This document shows positions 17,930 to 27,155 of a DNA stretch of 64,000 nucleotides, in pieces; within the stretch, counting starts at the first letter, position 1, and each line of letters starts with the position of its first letter. The notes beneath the pieces were generated by a model that was given only the letters and a program-made list of their open reading frames with translations, had not been told where the DNA came from and ran no database searches. The DNA is from Thermoplasmata archaeon. Its GTDB lineage: Archaea > Thermoplasmatota > Thermoplasmata > Lutacidiplasmatales > SKW197. Location of the stretch: contig JAVZCK010000009.1 in the NCBI GenBank assembly GCA_038874435.1, positions 22,977 through 86,976 of the forward strand, written 5' to 3'. The translations under genes were made by a program, and so were the position numbers.

Positions 17930-19879
17930 CTACCACACCCCCGTTATTGTGATTGCCAGAATTCCAAGTGCAAGCAGTGTTATCATCAATCCAATGCCCA
18001 AGCTGTTTACATACAGGTTCATCTTTTCCTCTCCAATCTGTTTTTCAAAGTATGTGCCACCAAGCACAGTTGGATATTCCACACCGCAAGAGTAAACCTT
18101 TGTGAGGTCTTTCTTCTCAACCCTGCTTAATGCAGGTACGAGCAGAACCACCGCAAGGAAAATTGCGATGAACACTGGAGAGAAATAACCCCAGGGAGTT
18201 GTGAGAGTTGTAGCATAGGTCACTGCATGAAGCGGTACTTGAGTGTTCAGCAGAACCTTAACTGCTGGATTTATGAAGCTTTCAACAATGGGAGAAATCA
18301 TCACTGAAAGAATCACTGCTAAGCTAAGCATAATTACTAACGGAGCGGAGAAAAGCACACTCATTCTTTCTGGTGTGATTTCTTCCTCTGTCTCCATGTT
18401 TATCATTCTTCCAATCCACTTCAGATAATAAACCACTGTAGCTGCACTCCCTACAGCCAGGAAAAATACGATAATCGGCATCTCAAGACCTGCTTGAACA
18501 GCAAAGTATTTGCCAAGGAACATACCAAAAGGTGGAATTATCATTGTTAGAATGCCCATCAACAGCACCGTAGTTATGAACGGCTTGCGAACAATTAACC
18601 CATCCATCTTCTCGATTTCCTTTGAGTGTGTCTCATGCTGGACTACACCAACACCCAGGAACAGGAGGGCTTTAGAAATCGCATGGAACACCGTAAGCAC
18701 GATTGCAGCAGCCACCGCAAATGGAGAGTGCAACGCTGCAAGCATTATTATCAATCCGAGGTTACCAATGGTTGAGTAGGCAAGCACTTTTTTCGCATTG
18801 TTCTGAGAAATTGCAAGAATTGCAGTTATCATAAAGGAGAAGCCACCAATAATCGCAATCAGGTAGCCAAGTGACTGAATGTGGGCGAAAACCGGAGAAA
18901 GACGCACAAAGAGATAGACACCGAGCTTGACCATCGTGCTTGAATGCAGAAGTGCTGAAACAGGTGTTGGAGCGACCATTGCACCCAGCAGCCAGCTCTG
19001 GAACGGCACCTGTGCAGATTTGGTTAAGCCGGCAAGTGCCACAAATGCGAGTGAGAAAATGAGAAGCCCTGGGATTGCTCCTGCACTGTCACTTGCTTTG
19101 CTTATAATTTCAGAGAAAGTGGTGATTGCAGGCGACATCGTGCCAAGGATTACAATTCCAAAAGCCATTGCTGTGCCTCCACCCAGGGTAACCTCCAGTG
19201 CCCATGTTGCGTTTTTCAGGGCTTCCTCTGTCTCCTCATGCTTGATGAGCATGTAGCAAGCAAGTGTTGTCACCTCCCAGAAGAAGAAGAACCAGAGAAG
19301 GTTATCTGCAAACACAGCCGCATTCATTGCACCTAAGAACCCAATCACATAGGCAAAAAATCTGTTCTGGTTTTTCTGACCCTCCATGTATTTTACAGCA
19401 TAAATTGCAATCAACGAACCGATAATTGAGATTATCAGACACATTATGCCTGACCAATAATCTATTCTTATTGGGGCCAGATGTTCGGTTTCGTGTAGAG
19501 GCATATAATAGAATTCATACCAGGCAAGAGGAATTAGCTGGAGAAATGCAAAGAGCCCTGCCCAGAAACTCTTTCGTTCCAGGGCAATTATGAGAAAGCC
19601 AATAAGAAGGGCGAAATCCAATGCTGCAATTAACTCAAAAAGCGAGATGCTCTTTCCCAGCAAACTTATTCTATCTATCTCCAGGGTTATTTCACCATTG
19701 ACTCCAGTTAGATAGAGGAAGAGCCATATGCTTCCTATAATTGCGCTCAATGTTCCTATGCCTACAATCAAATTTCTCACATGTTTGTTCGGAAGCAAAT
19801 AGCAGAGCACGCCCAGCAGCAGAGGAATCGCTGTGGTCAGAGCAAGAGGATAAATTACTATGTCTATTTCTCCAGACAT
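17930..19879 (-). CDS. echA: Ech hydrogenase antiporter-like membrane subunit (EchA / NuoL-MrpD-like)
   Basis: ORF 17930..20164 is over-extended into adk. ATG 19879..19877 ([16 protein letters not shown]...) gives about 650 aa, polytopic, with antiporter-like motifs ([28 protein letters not shown]). Confidence 0.8.
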   Translation of the reverse strand: MSGEIDIVIYPLALTTAIPLLLGVLCYLLPNKHVRNLIVGIGTLSAIIGSIWLFLYLTGVNGEITLEIDRISLLGKSISLFELIAALDFALLIGFLIIALERKSFWAGLFAFLQLIPLAWYEFYYMPLHETEHLAPIRIDYWSGIMCLIISIIGSLIAIYAVKYMEGQKNQNRFFAYVIGFLGAMNAAVFADNLLWFFFFWEVTTLACYMLIKHEETEEALKNATWALEVTLGGGTAMAFGIVILGTMSPAITTFSEIISKASDSAGAIPGLLIFSLAFVALAGLTKSAQVPFQSWLLGAMVAPTPVSALLHSSTMVKLGVYLFVRLSPVFAHIQSLGYLIAIIGGFSFMITAILAISQNNAKKVLAYSTIGNLGLIIMLAALHSPFAVAAAIVLTVFHAISKALLFLGVGVVQHETHSKEIEKMDGLIVRKPFITTVLLMGILTMIIPPFGMFLGKYFAVQAGLEMPIIVFFLAVGSAATVVYYLKWIGRMINMETEEEITPERMSVLFSAPLVIMLSLAVILSVMISPIVESFINPAVKVLLNTQVPLHAVTYATTLTTPWGYFSPVFIAIFLAVVLLVPALSRVEKKDLTKVYSCGVEYPTVLGGTYFEKQIGEEKMNLYVNSLGIGLMITLLALGILAITITGVW

Positions 19880-19945
19880 AATTATCGGCAAGGAATATGC
19901 CTCTTTGATATAAAGGTTTTTAAAGGATTTGTGTATTGCAGAACC
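19880..19945. promoter_or_regulatory. Divergent promoter region between echA and adk
   Basis: 66-bp spacer with GATATAAAGG (19907..19916) and TTTTTAAAGG (19917..19926), each 20-35 nt from one of the two start codons. This implies short or absent leaders. Motif inspection only. Confidence 0.35.
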
Positions 19946-20578
19946 ATGAACCTCATAATGCTTGGTGCACCAGGTGCAGGTAAAGGAACGCAAGCCCAGA
20001 AACTTGCTACTAAGTTGGGAATACCACAAATCTCTACTGGAGACATGCTTAGACAAGCAGTGGCTGAAAAAACGGGACTTGGGATGGAAGCTAAGAAATA
20101 CATGGATGCAGGAAAGCTTGTGCCTGATGAGATTGTTGTTGGAATTGTGAAGGAACGCCTTCAAAAGTCAGACTGTAAAAGCGGGTTTATTTTGGATGGG
20201 TTTCCAAGAACACTTGAGCAGGCAAAAGCCCTTGATAAAATTGCGGTGATTGACTATGTGGTAAACATTGATGTGCCAGAGGAAATTCTGGTGGAACGGA
20301 TTACTGGGAGACGGTCCTGCAAAAAGTGTGGTGCTGTTTACCATGTCAAATACAATCCCCCTAAGGTTCTGAATAAATGCGACAGTTGTGGAGAACCTCT
20401 TTACCAGAGAGATGACGACAAAGAGGAGACAGTTCGGAAGAGGCTAGAGACCTATCGAAGCCAAACGAAAGTGCTTATAGATTATTATGCTGGCCAAAAC
20501 AAACTTGTAAACATTGATGGTCACAGAGAAATTGAAGCAATATTCAGAGATATTCTAACAAAACTCGGAGTGGAGTGA
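19946..20578 (+). CDS. adk: Adenylate kinase, long bacterial type with Cys4 zinc lid
   Basis: ORF 19781.. is over-extended; ATG 19946 gives [16 protein letters not shown]. Lid CKKCG...CDSCG, followed by [11 protein letters not shown]. Confidence 0.9.
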   Translation: MNLIMLGAPGAGKGTQAQKLATKLGIPQISTGDMLRQAVAEKTGLGMEAKKYMDAGKLVPDEIVVGIVKERLQKSDCKSGFILDGFPRTLEQAKALDKIAVIDYVVNIDVPEEILVERITGRRSCKKCGAVYHVKYNPPKVLNKCDSCGEPLYQRDDDKEETVRKRLETYRSQTKVLIDYYAGQNKLVNIDGHREIEAIFRDILTKLGVE

Positions 20579-20581
20579 AAA

Positions 20582-21256
20582 ATGGGTATCCAAGCGGTTC
20601 TCTTCGATTGCGATGGAACAATCTTAGACAGTAGGAACACTATCAGGCGTTGCGTGAATGCCACTGTGAAAGCATTTGGATTCCCAGAATTCTCAGATGA
20701 TGAATTTAAAACATTCTATGGGTGCACATTGCATGAGATTTTGAGAAAACGGACAGAGAAGATAGATGAGATGGTTGAACACTACAGAAACCTGATGCTT
20801 TCTACCTTTGCACAGGACACGCGGGTTTTTCCCCAAATCCTCCCAGTGCTCAACTACCTGAAAGGTGCAGGTGTTCCAATGGGCGTCCTTACGATGCGCA
20901 GCTCAGAAATCACAGAAAAAATTCTCTCCCACTTTGGACTCCTGCTCTACTTTCAGGCGGTTTATGGCTGTGATAACACAAAAAATCCAAAACCATCTCC
21001 TGATGCAGTTGTGGAGTTTGCAAGCCAGGTTAATGTGCCGGTCTGGCAGGTCGGAATTGTTGGCGATACCAAGTTCGACATTCTCACAGCCAAAAATGCA
21101 GGTGCAATAGGAATTGGAGTGCTGTGGGGCTCTGGGAGTATGGCGGACCTTTTGGCTGCGGGTGCAGATTATCTGGTACCTGATGGCAATGCCCTGATTG
21201 AGGTCATAAAGACGGAGATTGGTAGGAAGAGCGATACTCTGCCTTCTATCGTATAA
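20582..21256 (+). CDS. HAD-superfamily hydrolase (phosphoglycolate phosphatase / PpaX-like, subfamily IA)
   Basis: ORF track, 224 aa. Motif I LFDCDGTILDS, motif II LTMRS, motif IV VGDTKFDI. Confidence 0.75.
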   Translation: MGIQAVLFDCDGTILDSRNTIRRCVNATVKAFGFPEFSDDEFKTFYGCTLHEILRKRTEKIDEMVEHYRNLMLSTFAQDTRVFPQILPVLNYLKGAGVPMGVLTMRSSEITEKILSHFGLLLYFQAVYGCDNTKNPKPSPDAVVEFASQVNVPVWQVGIVGDTKFDILTAKNAGAIGIGVLWGSGSMADLLAAGADYLVPDGNALIEVIKTEIGRKSDTLPSIV

Positions 21257-21267
21257 AATATAAAAAC

Positions 21268-21768
21268 AGTATCTCCGAAAGATACTGGCTAAAATTCAAA
21301 AATTGATGCCAGTATGCAAAGCTCCTGATACATCTTTCTTATAAATTTTCAAACGGGTCTTTCAAAATTCCACCGAGGCATAGAAAGTGTTAAATATTTA
21401 AGATATCTTATAGATATCTCATGAAACGAATACCTATAACACCCGCAACTGAACTGACTATCAGGAACATACGGGGATTCTATATTCGTAAGGTGACGCC
21501 TTTCGGCACCAGCGCCAAGTGGGCAGATCTATATAGAGAAGGAGGTGAGATTCAAGGAATTTCTTCTCGCTCTCTATGAAGTAAGAGAGTGAAATGAAAA
21601 TACACTAGGAAAGGGTTGATGGCCACTTCTATGGCACAGGAGCCATAGGGGTGTAGGCCGGGAAAAAATCAGTAGGTTTCCCGGTAGTATGTCCACATCA
21701 ATTCCCTTTCTAATGGTTTTTTGGGTAGTAGTGAGTATCTAGCTTTTCCAACTTCTTCGGAGATACTG
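21268..21768 (+). repeat. Copy A of a hairpin-ended non-coding repeat element (501 bp; carries a 107-bp internal insertion relative to copy B)
   Basis: Aligns by eye end to end with 43906..44314. Left end AGTATCT-CCGAA-AGATACT hairpin; right end AGTATCT-(20 nt)-AGATACT. No ORF of 60 aa or more on either strand. Confidence 0.85.
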
Positions 21769-21812
21769 AAAAAGAAGAAAAATTAATTAAGAAGGGTTGC
21801 AATCAGTTTCCC

Positions 21813-24800
21813 ATGGTTGAAAAAGTGAGGTGCCCATACTGTAACCTTCAGGTTGAACCAGGCATCGCAAAATGTCCCAGTTGTGGATATACTCTAAGTG
21901 TTGTGGAGAAAAAAGAGGAAAAAAGAGAGGAGGAAAAAAAGGAAATTAGAGACCCGTGGAAGGAAGTGGAGGAACTTTATAAAAAGTATGGGAAAAAAGA
22001 AAAGAAGATTGACCCGGAAACAAAAAAGGCATGGGAAGCTCTGGAGGAAATTGCAAGGCAGAAAGCACTTGAGAAAGCTGCAAAATCGGAAAGCCAGAAA
22101 CCAGTTGTTACTGAACAACCGGCACAACCAAGAAGATGGGAAACACTGGAAAAGGAAATTAAAAAAGCACCACCAGAGCATCAAAAAATTCCTGAACGAC
22201 AAGAGAGACACCAAGCACCTCGTCCAATGATGAGAGAAAAAATGAAAACGAATGGGCTCACAACCAGAAGTTACGATGGAAAAAAGCGGCGTCAGATTGT
22301 CAAGAAACTCCAGAAAAAGCTGTTTTTTGTTCCAATTCTCTTTTCTGCCATTCTCATTCTTTCAACAATTTTCTTTCTCTATAACATTCTTACTGAAAAA
22401 AAGGTGAGAATGCTCGTGGATGGGGACTTTGATGACTGGGATAGCATTGGTAAATTCAGCTTCTATGAGCAAGCAGGCACTGTGAATCCAAACATCAACA
22501 TTACTTCTGCAGCAATTTGCGAGGATAAAAACACAGTATTTGTTTACATAAAGGTGGAAGGTAACGCTCTATATGGCAACAACATTAACCGTACCGACGA
22601 ATTCTTCCTGTTCTTTGATACTGACAGAACTACAACCACTGGCTATTTAGTAAATGGCATCGGTGCAGATTTTATGATTAGGGTCACTGGTATCTCCAAT
22701 AAAGTGCTTTCAACAGGACTCTATTCTTACAATGGATCAACATTTGGACTACAGCACAACTGGAACGCCTGGCAGTGTGTTGGGAGTTGTGTTGCCGCAG
22801 TTCACGGCTCTGAAATTGAGGTGGGTGTGAGCAAGGCCAAGATTGGCTATGCAAATGCTCCTGTGCAGATTGTTGCAAACAGTTTTACTGGTGACACTGA
22901 CGAAATTCCATATCCCCTTGTTTCTGGAAATGCAGTACTTGTGACTGAGGTCTATGAACTCCCTGCAGTAATTTCTCAAAGCGAGGTAAAGGTGGAGACA
23001 GCATTTCTGAAGGTGATTGGAAAACCTGAGGTCGGAAGCATCTTCGTAAACGCCTCGTCTTCTCTCATAACAGCCAGTATAGAATACAATGGGAATAGAC
23101 ACATCATGCTTAGGGCTGAGAACAATCTGCTTCATGCAACTATTGGCACCACATTTGCAGATGGGGACCGTTTTTCAATTTACGCAACAACTTCTCTCAA
23201 AACTGGAGATGTCTTTGGATTAACACTTCATTCCATTGAAGTTAACAATGGCTATTTCTGGAAAAAAAGCACAGGGACTAACAACAAGAGCTATGTTCAG
23301 AGTCCGCCTTCAAGCGTTCAAATTGATGGGGCATTTGGAGAATGGATGCCAGCAACCTTCACTTATGACTATGATGACACTAAAAACCCGAGCATCGATT
23401 TGAGGCAGATTGGAAAAAATGTCAGTGGAAATGAGCTATTTTTCTATATCCAGATGGCAGGAACCGCATTTGCTGGTAGAGCTGTACCCGAGCAAACACC
23501 TGATTATTCAAGTATTGCGATGGAAACCGACTCTGACAGAGATACAATTCCAGACTCCATGGACCCTCTGCCATTTGATTTCAACAACGATGGTAACCCA
23601 GATGCAAATACAAACAATGATGTAGATGGCGATGGTATCAGAGATTATCCCTATGGAAACGATTATTATTTGAACACCACAATCCCAGACGAACCAAGAT
23701 TTCCATCAGAATTCAGGGGAAAATTTATATCGGTGTATATAGGGCCCATAAGCCAGACCGGTGAAATGCTTGCTGGCCTGGACTATTTGAGGGTTTATGT
23801 AGATGCAGATGGTAATTCCAGTACTGGTTTTGGTGTTAGTGTAGGAACTGGAGCAGAAATGCTGCTGGAAATCAGTGGGAGAGAGGGAAAGATCACTGAT
23901 GCAAGTTTTTATGAATGGCATGGGAAATGGGATAAAACAGGGAATTTTGCGGCAGAACAATTCGGAAAACAGATTGAATTTGGCGGAGTGAAACTACCAA
24001 ATCCTGGCATCGCAAGGTATTACATAATTTCTACAGACTGGCTCGGGGAAACTGACGCTACAGAATTGAGAACCTGGATGAGAGCGGGTGAAGATGTGAA
24101 AGAAAGGGTGTTCGATGCTAACACTCGTGTGAATACAAACACAAATGGCTGGCAAATTTGGCCAGACATGGCATACAGCAACGATGGGACAATCTATGCC
24201 ATCTGGCAGAGCAACGAAACTGGATATTATGCAATCTATCTCTCAAAGTCCTACGATGGGGGGCTTACCTGGACAAACGCCGTAAAAATTCCTTACTCAG
24301 ATAACGGCTCAGACCCAGCAATTGCTGTGCACGGCAGCGGTGGGAGTGCAATAATACATGTGGCGTTTGTCGGTAGTGCCCTGGGTGGCGGTGGCTCCTA
24401 TCCAGACCTATATTATGCAAGAAGTACAGATGGTGGAGAAACCTTCACCACCATGGTGCTGGATGATAGTTATTACTCTGAAAAACCAGACATTTGCGTT
24501 GACTCAGAAGGGTATGTGTACATTGTTTACACCAATTGGTTCCTTGGATTTGATGCAGATGTCAAGCTAAGGGTTTCAACAAACATGGGGCAGTCATTTG
24601 GAAGTGCTGTGTCTATAGCAAGTACGGGCTATAACGAATACTTGCCTGCTGTAGCAGTTCAGGGTTCTGGTGCATCCTCAATTCTTCATGTGGAATACAC
24701 CTATGAGCATTACAATGAAAATGGAAACCAGAGATATGATTTAGATGTGATTTATAAAAAAGTAACAAATGCCGGGATTTCTCCATCTGTTGGAAATGCA

Positions 24801-25943
24801 GTTACTGTGGGAGGTGTAGCAAACTACTCGGAATACTCGCTCCCAAATTCAATTATGGTTGATTCCACAGCAAACATCCATCTTGTCTATACCTACAACT
24901 ACACATATTATAACTACGATGTTTACTACGCGAGAAGTACAGATGGAGGAAACTCTTTCACGATAACAAATTTAGTGGGCTACAGTCCTTACGATGAGTA
25001 CCAGCCACGAATTGCATTGGACGATTTGAACAATCCCCATATTGTCTGGCAGGATAACAGGAGTGGAAACTATGACATTTGGTACACAAATTCAAGCAAC
25101 AACGGCCAAACCTTTTTGCCATACAACAACCACATAAAGGTGAACAAAGACGCAACAACCCAGAGCCAGGCATGTGCAACAATTCTCTTCGTAAACGCAC
25201 CAAACGCCAGAAAAGAACTTTGTGTTGCCTGGGCTGACAAGAGAAGTGGGGACTATGACATTTACTTTGCCAATGGTACCAACCGCGTCTATCTAAGTGT
25301 GAACTCCCAGTATGGAACACCTTCTGGCATCGGATGGTACAATGCAGGAAGTACTGCATCTGCTTCTGTCCAGGGAATAGTTTATGATTCTGCTACTGCA
25401 AGACATGTGTGTACTGGCTTCACAGGTACAGGCTCCGCACCTTCCAGCGGTGCAACTAACTTCACAAGCTTTACAATTTACAAACCCTCAAGCATTACCT
25501 TTACCTGGAGAAACCAGTATTATTGCCAGATAACCTTCACGGGCACAGATGCTCAGCACACTGTGAATGGCTCCTATGTGGAAAATGGCACGCTTCGTAA
25601 CATTGCAGGCCTTACTGGAAACTGGGCAGGCTGGTGCGATGAGAACACCTTACTTTACTTCCATGATGTCACTTCACCCCAACAAAACTACACAACAGAC
25701 ACACACTCCTGGGTGGTAACTGGGCCAATAACTGCGGTGATACACTATAGCTCCCCAGCTGACGAAATTTCTGCTATCCCGATGCTTACGGCTCTCGTTG
25801 CCATTCTGTTATTCTTTGCCTTCTCAAAACAGCCCCAACCCAGCCGCAACATCTCCGCCTATGCCAGACATGTTAAGCCAGATAGGAACAAGAATCACGG
25901 CAAGGCAACTCATCCTTCTGGAATGGAAAAGCACTGGAATTAA
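21813..25943 (+). CDS. Giant membrane-anchored surface protein: Zn ribbon, KE-rich linker, TM, two DGxFxxW beta-sandwich domains, TSP3-like Ca-binding repeats, BNR/Asp-box propeller, C-terminal TM
   Basis: ORF track, 1376 aa. CPYCN..CPSCG; TM FFVPILFSAILILSTIFFLYNIL; VDGDFDDW and IDGAFGEW segments; DSDRDTIPDSMDP..NNDGNPD..DVDGDGIRD. Asp-boxes SYDGGLTW, STDGGETF, STNMGQSF, STDGGNSF, SNNGQTF. C-terminal TM IPMLTALVAILLFFAF. Confidence 0.8.
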   Translation: MVEKVRCPYCNLQVEPGIAKCPSCGYTLSVVEKKEEKREEEKKEIRDPWKEVEELYKKYGKKEKKIDPETKKAWEALEEIARQKALEKAAKSESQKPVVTEQPAQPRRWETLEKEIKKAPPEHQKIPERQERHQAPRPMMREKMKTNGLTTRSYDGKKRRQIVKKLQKKLFFVPILFSAILILSTIFFLYNILTEKKVRMLVDGDFDDWDSIGKFSFYEQAGTVNPNINITSAAICEDKNTVFVYIKVEGNALYGNNINRTDEFFLFFDTDRTTTTGYLVNGIGADFMIRVTGISNKVLSTGLYSYNGSTFGLQHNWNAWQCVGSCVAAVHGSEIEVGVSKAKIGYANAPVQIVANSFTGDTDEIPYPLVSGNAVLVTEVYELPAVISQSEVKVETAFLKVIGKPEVGSIFVNASSSLITASIEYNGNRHIMLRAENNLLHATIGTTFADGDRFSIYATTSLKTGDVFGLTLHSIEVNNGYFWKKSTGTNNKSYVQSPPSSVQIDGAFGEWMPATFTYDYDDTKNPSIDLRQIGKNVSGNELFFYIQMAGTAFAGRAVPEQTPDYSSIAMETDSDRDTIPDSMDPLPFDFNNDGNPDANTNNDVDGDGIRDYPYGNDYYLNTTIPDEPRFPSEFRGKFISVYIGPISQTGEMLAGLDYLRVYVDADGNSSTGFGVSVGTGAEMLLEISGREGKITDASFYEWHGKWDKTGNFAAEQFGKQIEFGGVKLPNPGIARYYIISTDWLGETDATELRTWMRAGEDVKERVFDANTRVNTNTNGWQIWPDMAYSNDGTIYAIWQSNETGYYAIYLSKSYDGGLTWTNAVKIPYSDNGSDPAIAVHGSGGSAIIHVAFVGSALGGGGSYPDLYYARSTDGGETFTTMVLDDSYYSEKPDICVDSEGYVYIVYTNWFLGFDADVKLRVSTNMGQSFGSAVSIASTGYNEYLPAVAVQGSGASSILHVEYTYEHYNENGNQRYDLDVIYKKVTNAGISPSVGNAVTVGGVANYSEYSLPNSIMVDSTANIHLVYTYNYTYYNYDVYYARSTDGGNSFTITNLVGYSPYDEYQPRIALDDLNNPHIVWQDNRSGNYDIWYTNSSNNGQTFLPYNNHIKVNKDATTQSQACATILFVNAPNARKELCVAWADKRSGDYDIYFANGTNRVYLSVNSQYGTPSGIGWYNAGSTASASVQGIVYDSATARHVCTGFTGTGSAPSSGATNFTSFTIYKPSSITFTWRNQYYCQITFTGTDAQHTVNGSYVENGTLRNIAGLTGNWAGWCDENTLLYFHDVTSPQQNYTTDTHSWVVTGPITAVIHYSSPADEISAIPMLTALVAILLFFAFSKQPQPSRNISAYARHVKPDRNKNHGKATHPSGMEKHWN

Positions 25944-27155
25944 GCCAATCCCTGTTGAAACCAGATAGATTATAAGTCCCTGCCAGCTTAACATGAAGAA
26001 CACAATGAGGGTCACACAAATCAGGGCAATGAGGGAGAGGGTTTGATACCGTACTTTCTGAATGAGTTTCAAAACGCCTCTGGACATCAAAAGGATAAGC
26101 ACGAGAGCAAACGCAGCACAGAATGCAATTCCTCCAAGCACGAGGAAAAGCTCTGCTTGTGTTTCTGGTGTGTAGAAAAGATTCATTCCAATTGTGAGGG
26201 CACCTTTACGCATTCCTATGGCAGTGAAGAAGAGCACGATGGCACCTACAAAATAAAGCACTCTGTTTGAGCCCTGAGAAATGATGAAGGTTCGCTCTCC
26301 TTTGGCTGCTGTAGCATGACCTGCAAGCAGCGCACCGACACCTGCAGTGACTGCTGGGATGAAGGCAGCAAAGAGTCCACCAAGTGTTCCACCAACACCG
26401 CCTCTGAATATTTCCTCTTTCTTTACCTCAACACTTTTTGAAACTGTTTGCTTTGGAATCTCCTTATCTGCGAAAATTGCTACCAGGAGGCTGGAGGCAG
26501 CAAACATCCCAATGAAGACAGCACCAAGTGTCTGAAATGCTCTGTCTACTGGCACAATTGTTTTGTTAAAAATAATGATGCCGAGAATGCTAGAAAGCAA
26601 GAAGGTAAGATAGCCAGCAAGAATTGTGCTCCAACCAACCCAGAGTTTTTTGAGCCTTGATGTGCCTCTGTCAAAATCCTTTGGAAATTCCGAAAGCAAG
26701 ATGAACATCACAACCGCACCTACAATCCAGAACATGTGGGGTTTAACTATTTCCCGCAAAAGTTTGAGTTGCTGCATGAACAGAGGGATTGCAATCAACA
26801 TTATGAGGACGCCCACAATTGCACCCAATGTAGTAAGAAGCACGGCCTCGTGCCCTCTGCCCTGCATCAGGTATTTCTGGCTTGGATACATTATCCATAC
26901 AGTAGAGTCATCTGGAGCACTAAGATAGATTGTGGGAATCGTGAATAGGATTGAATAGCCAACAACCAGACCCACAAGAAACATGATAAAATACATGTGG
27001 TCATGAATGTCGTTGAGAAATGCAAAGTAAATCAGGAAGGCAAAACCCATCACATTGTAAACATGAAGACCTGGGACAAGGCAGAGAACTGCGGAGACCA
27101 AAACACCCAGAAGTGCAAATCCAATGTAAAACAGTGCAATGCCAATGTCAATCAA
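25824..27155 (-). CDS. Polytopic membrane protein, TctA/DUF112-like permease
   Basis: ORF track, 443 aa, TTG start overlapping the upstream stop (TTGA). Two-fold internal pattern with LVPGLHVYNVMG / IPAVTAGVGALLAG and ...MQGRGHEAVLLTTLGAIVG resembles the TctA (DUF112) family. Confidence 0.55.
   Translation of the reverse strand: MIDIGIALFYIGFALLGVLVSAVLCLVPGLHVYNVMGFAFLIYFAFLNDIHDHMYFIMFLVGLVVGYSILFTIPTIYLSAPDDSTVWIMYPSQKYLMQGRGHEAVLLTTLGAIVGVLIMLIAIPLFMQQLKLLREIVKPHMFWIVGAVVMFILLSEFPKDFDRGTSRLKKLWVGWSTILAGYLTFLLSSILGIIIFNKTIVPVDRAFQTLGAVFIGMFAASSLLVAIFADKEIPKQTVSKSVEVKKEEIFRGGVGGTLGGLFAAFIPAVTAGVGALLAGHATAAKGERTFIISQGSNRVLYFVGAIVLFFTAIGMRKGALTIGMNLFYTPETQAELFLVLGGIAFCAAFALVLILLMSRGVLKLIQKVRYQTLSLIALICVTLIVFFMLSWQGLIIYLVSTGIGLIPVLFHSRRMSCLAVILVPIWLNMSGIGGDVAAGLGLF

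Noticed and set aside
19880-20164. N-terminal 95-codon extension of the echA ORF and the 55-codon extension of the adk ORF (19781..19945), which overlap each other
   Set aside because: Homology-consistent starts are MSGEIDIV... at 19879 and [14 protein letters not shown] at 19946. They leave a 66-bp spacer with TATA-like motifs. The extensions are artefacts of longest-ORF calling.
21268-21768. Possibility that the repeated element is a known structural RNA (SRP RNA, RNase P RNA, rRNA fragment, C/D box sRNA)
   Set aside because: I could not find the conserved motifs I know for these RNAs in a sensible arrangement. UGAUGG and CUGA strings occur but not as a C/D pair at the spacing of an sRNA. 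Two diverged copies with terminal hairpins fit a repeat element better. An Rfam scan is still needed.
21894-22230. ORFs on both strands (21894..22214 minus, 21898..22230 plus) in the purine-rich stretch
   Set aside because: Low-complexity AAG/GAA-rich DNA encoding the Lys/Glu-rich linker of the 1376-aa protein. It stays open in several frames by composition alone.
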